Sequence record: DRR723986_23114
Strand: one strand, 5' to 3'
Length of the DNA: 39,139 bases
Numbering within the stretch: position 1 is the first letter of the stretch; the number at the start of each line of letters is the position of its first letter. Under the pieces are notes generated by a model, which had not been told where the DNA came from, ran no database searches, and saw nothing but the letters and a program-made list of their open reading frames with translations. This document shows positions 36,433 to 39,139 of this stretch, one piece after another. The position numbers were made by a program, and so were the translations under genes.

Positions 36433-37875
36433 TTACGAATTTGGGCGATCTAATACTGGTGACAATCCTTTGGATTTGGCAATTTCCAGCATTAATTCAC
36501 GTGCCTGATCAGGATTATTGTGAATTTTGCCCTCCAATATAGCTTCTTTAATTTCTTCTTTAATATCTCCAACGATTTTTGAAGGCTTCAATCCAAAAAC
36601 TCCCATGATTTCCTCACCAGAAATTGGGGGTTGGAAATTTCTGACTTGGTCTTTTTCTTCTACTTCGATAAGCTTCTGAGCTACTTTATCAAAATTCTCC
36701 AAGTAACGTTTCACTTTCTTGTTATTCTTAGACGTGACATCAGCACGACAAAGTTTCATGAGATCATCAATATCATCTCCTGCTTCGAAAAGCAACCGTC
36801 GCATCGCTGAGTCCGTCACTTCATCTTTGACTAAGGCTATGGGACGTAGATGAAGTTTCACGAGCTTTTGCACATATTTCATCCTGTCATCCATAGGAAG
36901 CTTTAGTCTCTTGAAAATCCCAGGTGTCATTCGAGCTCCTTTGTCTTCATGACCATGAAATGTCCATCCGACCTTTTTGTTGAAGCGCTTAGTAGCTGGC
37001 TTTGCTATATCATGTAGAATAGCTGCCCAACGAAGCCAAAGATCATCACTAGTTTGACACACATTATCAAGAACTTGCAGCGTATGGTAGAAATTATCCT
37101 TATGTGATTTATCATCTACAGAGTCAACTCCCTGCAAGTCCACCATTTCCGGGAAAAACTCATGAAGTAACTTCCCTGCAAAAAGTAATTTAAACCCATA
37201 AGAAGGCTTTTTGACTTCAATGATTTTGTTGAGCTCGACAATAATTCGTTCCGAAGAAATGATATTCAGACGATGTGCGTTTTCACTTAATGCAAAGAAG
37301 GTAGCACTGTCTATATCAAAATCTAGTTGAGCTGCAAATCGGACTGCTCTAAGCATACGAAGTGGGTCATCTGAAAAGGTGATATTGGGCTCAAGTGGTG
37401 TACGTATCAATTTCTTTTTGATATCAGAAAGCCCATCAAACGGATCTAACAAATTGCCGTAATCTTTATTATTTAAAGAAATAGCCATTGCGTTAATCGT
37501 AAAATCCCGCCTTTCTAAATCTTCCTGAAGTGTCCCCGATTCGACAATTGGTTTTCTTGAATCCGATCTATAGGATTCCTTTCTAGCTCCTACAAATTCC
37601 AATTCCCAATTATCGAGCTTAAGCATGGCGGTACCAAAATTCTTAAAAACAGAAAGTGGCACATGTTCATCGTATTGTTTGGCTACTTCTTTGGCAAGCT
37701 CAATTCCGCTACCCACACAGGTAAAATCAATATCTTTCAGCCCATCTTTTTCTCTTTTCAAAATCAAATCTCTTACATAGCCGCCTACCACGTAAGTTTC
37801 CAACCCCAGATTAGAAGCAGCTTTTGCTACTTTATCGAAGACTTCGAATTTGTCAAGATGCGATTTGAAATTCAT
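36433..37875 (-). CDS. cca: CCA tRNA nucleotidyltransferase with HD domain
   Basis: VGGYVRD, DID, RRDFTINA, DDPLRMLRAVRF and LHDIAKP. Confidence 0.9.
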   Translation of the reverse strand: MNFKSHLDKFEVFDKVAKAASNLGLETYVVGGYVRDLILKREKDGLKDIDFTCVGSGIELAKEVAKQYDEHVPLSVFKNFGTAMLKLDNWELEFVGARKESYRSDSRKPIVESGTLQEDLERRDFTINAMAISLNNKDYGNLLDPFDGLSDIKKKLIRTPLEPNITFSDDPLRMLRAVRFAAQLDFDIDSATFFALSENAHRLNIISSERIIVELNKIIEVKKPSYGFKLLFAGKLLHEFFPEMVDLQGVDSVDDKSHKDNFYHTLQVLDNVCQTSDDLWLRWAAILHDIAKPATKRFNKKVGWTFHGHEDKGARMTPGIFKRLKLPMDDRMKYVQKLVKLHLRPIALVKDEVTDSAMRRLLFEAGDDIDDLMKLCRADVTSKNNKKVKRYLENFDKVAQKLIEVEEKDQVRNFQPPISGEEIMGVFGLKPSKIVGDIKEEIKEAILEGKIHNNPDQARELMLEIAKSKGLSPVLDRPNS

Positions 37876-38342
37876 CCTTTAATAATTTTAACATCCCCAT
37901 CGGGGCCTAAATACATTTCTTTTGTACTGGGACTCAGCAGTGGAAATAATAAAGGTGTTTGTTGGCCAGACATTTCCTTGGAGTTCAAATTCACAAGAAC
38001 TGGCTGGGAAATTTGAAATAATAATTTGTTCCAGTTTGGCTCTAAAATGAGACTGAATTTTAGCACTCCATTCACAATAGGTCCATTCTTAATAATACGA
38101 TTCGCAGGACTATGATATACCGTTGGCTTGTTTGCATATTCTACGATATCCAATGAAACCTCTGAGAATGGCTCACAAATGGTGCGGATCTGAAATAAAT
38201 CAAAAAGTAAAAATGTCCAGTCTTCACCCATTTCAGGTTTCCAAAGCTCTGGTTTCATTAGGGTGATTACTTTCCCGTTTCCTTCTTTCAGGTGAAGAAA
38301 ACCTTTTTCTCTAAAAGCTGATAGTAATTGTGCGTGATCCAA
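37872..38342 (-). CDS. Highly diverged YrdC/Sua5-like protein, coupled to cca
   Basis: Probable TTG start at 38342 after the -7 element TATTTTTG (38359-38366); DIVEYANKPT and LGPDGDVKII resemble Bacteroidota YrdC-like proteins; ATGA overlap with cca. Confidence 0.5.
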   Translation of the reverse strand: MDHAQLLSAFREKGFLHLKEGNGKVITLMKPELWKPEMGEDWTFLLFDLFQIRTICEPFSEVSLDIVEYANKPTVYHSPANRIIKNGPIVNGVLKFSLILEPNWNKLLFQISQPVLVNLNSKEMSGQQTPLLFPLLSPSTKEMYLGPDGDVKIIKG

Positions 38343-38404
38343 ATTGATTATTTTTTCACAAAAATAATCAGAATTTTGAGAGGAAGCTGTTTTGGGGTAA
38401 AACC

Positions 38405-38435
38405 AAAAAAAACCTTCCCTGAAAAAGGAAGGTTT
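38405..38435 (-). terminator. Terminator after the DUF6249-like gene
   Basis: Minus strand AAACCTTCC-N7-GGAAGG-TTTTTTTT. Confidence 0.8.
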
Positions 38436-38457
38436 ATGAAAAGAATTTAATGAGGTC

Positions 38458-38799
38458 TTATTTCTCCTCCTTATCAAGTTTTCGGTTCATGAAAAAACTT
38501 GACATCAAGCCTATACCTCCGAAAATAAAAATGCAAGAAGTAAATGCGATTCCTTCTTCGATTCCGAAATTATTGAATAGTGCTCCTACTAACACTCCAA
38601 CTCCTACCCCAATTGCTAGAAGCGCCAAATTCAATATAAATTGACCAAAGCCATACTTTTTACCAGAGTTAAAGAGCTTTGCATCCGCACCGTTTTCTAT
38701 CAGTGCTAGCCTTTCCTTGTTGCGGGTGGTCAAGAAAATAAAGATGACGCCGAAAATACAAGAGAAAATAATCAGGGTTACTAAGATGGTATCTGCCAT
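38458..38799 (-). CDS. DUF6249-like small membrane protein
   Basis: RNKERLALIENG.DA motif and three TM segments; divergent from an ECF sigma gene. Confidence 0.8.
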   Translation of the reverse strand: MADTILVTLIIFSCIFGVIFIFLTTRNKERLALIENGADAKLFNSGKKYGFGQFILNLALLAIGVGVGVLVGALFNNFGIEEGIAFTSCIFIFGGIGLMSSFFMNRKLDKEEK

Positions 38800-38822
38800 A
38801 TGCTATGTGTTTTTTCTTCTAT

Positions 38823-38893
38823 GATGTGGGTAGCATTGGAAAAGGTTACAAGTCCAATGAAAAAACTGTAACTTTTTTTCAGGTTAATGCATC
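38823..38893. promoter_or_regulatory. Back-to-back putative ECF promoters
   Basis: Plus strand TGTAAC(38867)-N17-CATC; minus strand TGTAAC(38850)-N18-CATC. Confidence 0.6.
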
Positions 38894-38903
38894 CAATGTA
38901 AAA

Positions 38904-39139
38904 ATGCGATTCCAGGAAGACCAGCTATATATAGAACGAACATTACGGGGTAATATGAATGCTTATGGACAATTGATCCAAAAGCATGAGAAATATGTAT
39001 TCACTTTGGCAATGAGAATTCTAAAAAACAAGGAAGAAGCCGAGGAAGCGAGTCAAGATGCCTTCATGAAAGCGTATCATTCCTTGAAAACATTTGAAGG
39101 AAAATCAAAATTTACTACTTGGCTCTATACAATTGTATA
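38904..39139 (+). CDS. ECF-type RNA polymerase sigma-70 factor, 3'-truncated (missing from the ORF track)
   Basis: Hand translation MRFQEDQLYIERTLRGNMNAYGQLIQKHEKYVFTLAMRILKNKEEAEEASQDAFMKAYHSLKTFEGKSKFTTWLYTIV corresponds to sigma region 2. Confidence 0.9.
   Translation, partial: MRFQEDQLYIERTLRGNMNAYGQLIQKHEKYVFTLAMRILKNKEEAEEASQDAFMKAYHSLKTFEGKSKFTTWLYTIV

Noticed and set aside
38343-38477. N-terminal 45 codons of the 201-aa ORF
   Set aside because: This stretch crosses a terminator and a -7 promoter element; the real start is more likely the TTG at 38342.

Overview
A core-genome window of a Bacteroidota chromosome, probably Cyclobacteriaceae/Algoriphagus-like (inferred from TAnnTTTG promoters and protein types). 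In order it holds: the 3' part of tRNA-Cys; a 2Fe-2S plus Tat-exported molybdo-hydroxylase pair; a beta-barrel OMP; rpsA; an accessory cluster (DUF418, SDR, Zn-ADH, RidA, two NTF2/SnoaL proteins, TPR histidine kinase, LytTR regulator); an attenuator-controlled trpE-G-D-C-F-B-A-(orf)-aroF operon; SRP RNA; fsa; ftsE; S41 and S8 peptidases; a TPR-LuxR regulator/phytase/TonB-receptor locus; a TPR protein; cca with a degenerate YrdC-like partner; and a partial ECF sigma factor. The most unusual signal is in the trp operon junctions. Several carry 7-8 nt tandem-repeat arrays in inverted pairs that begin right after one gene's stop and end at or near the next gene's start. One pair encloses an unannotated four-helix-bundle (23S rRNA IVP-family) gene whose only Trp codon has become TAG, one encloses REP-like debris, and one is empty. 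This suggests a family of hairpin-bounded 'mRNA intervening cassettes'. A separate ~90 bp element occurs twice in the operon. All calls were made by eye; no searches were run.
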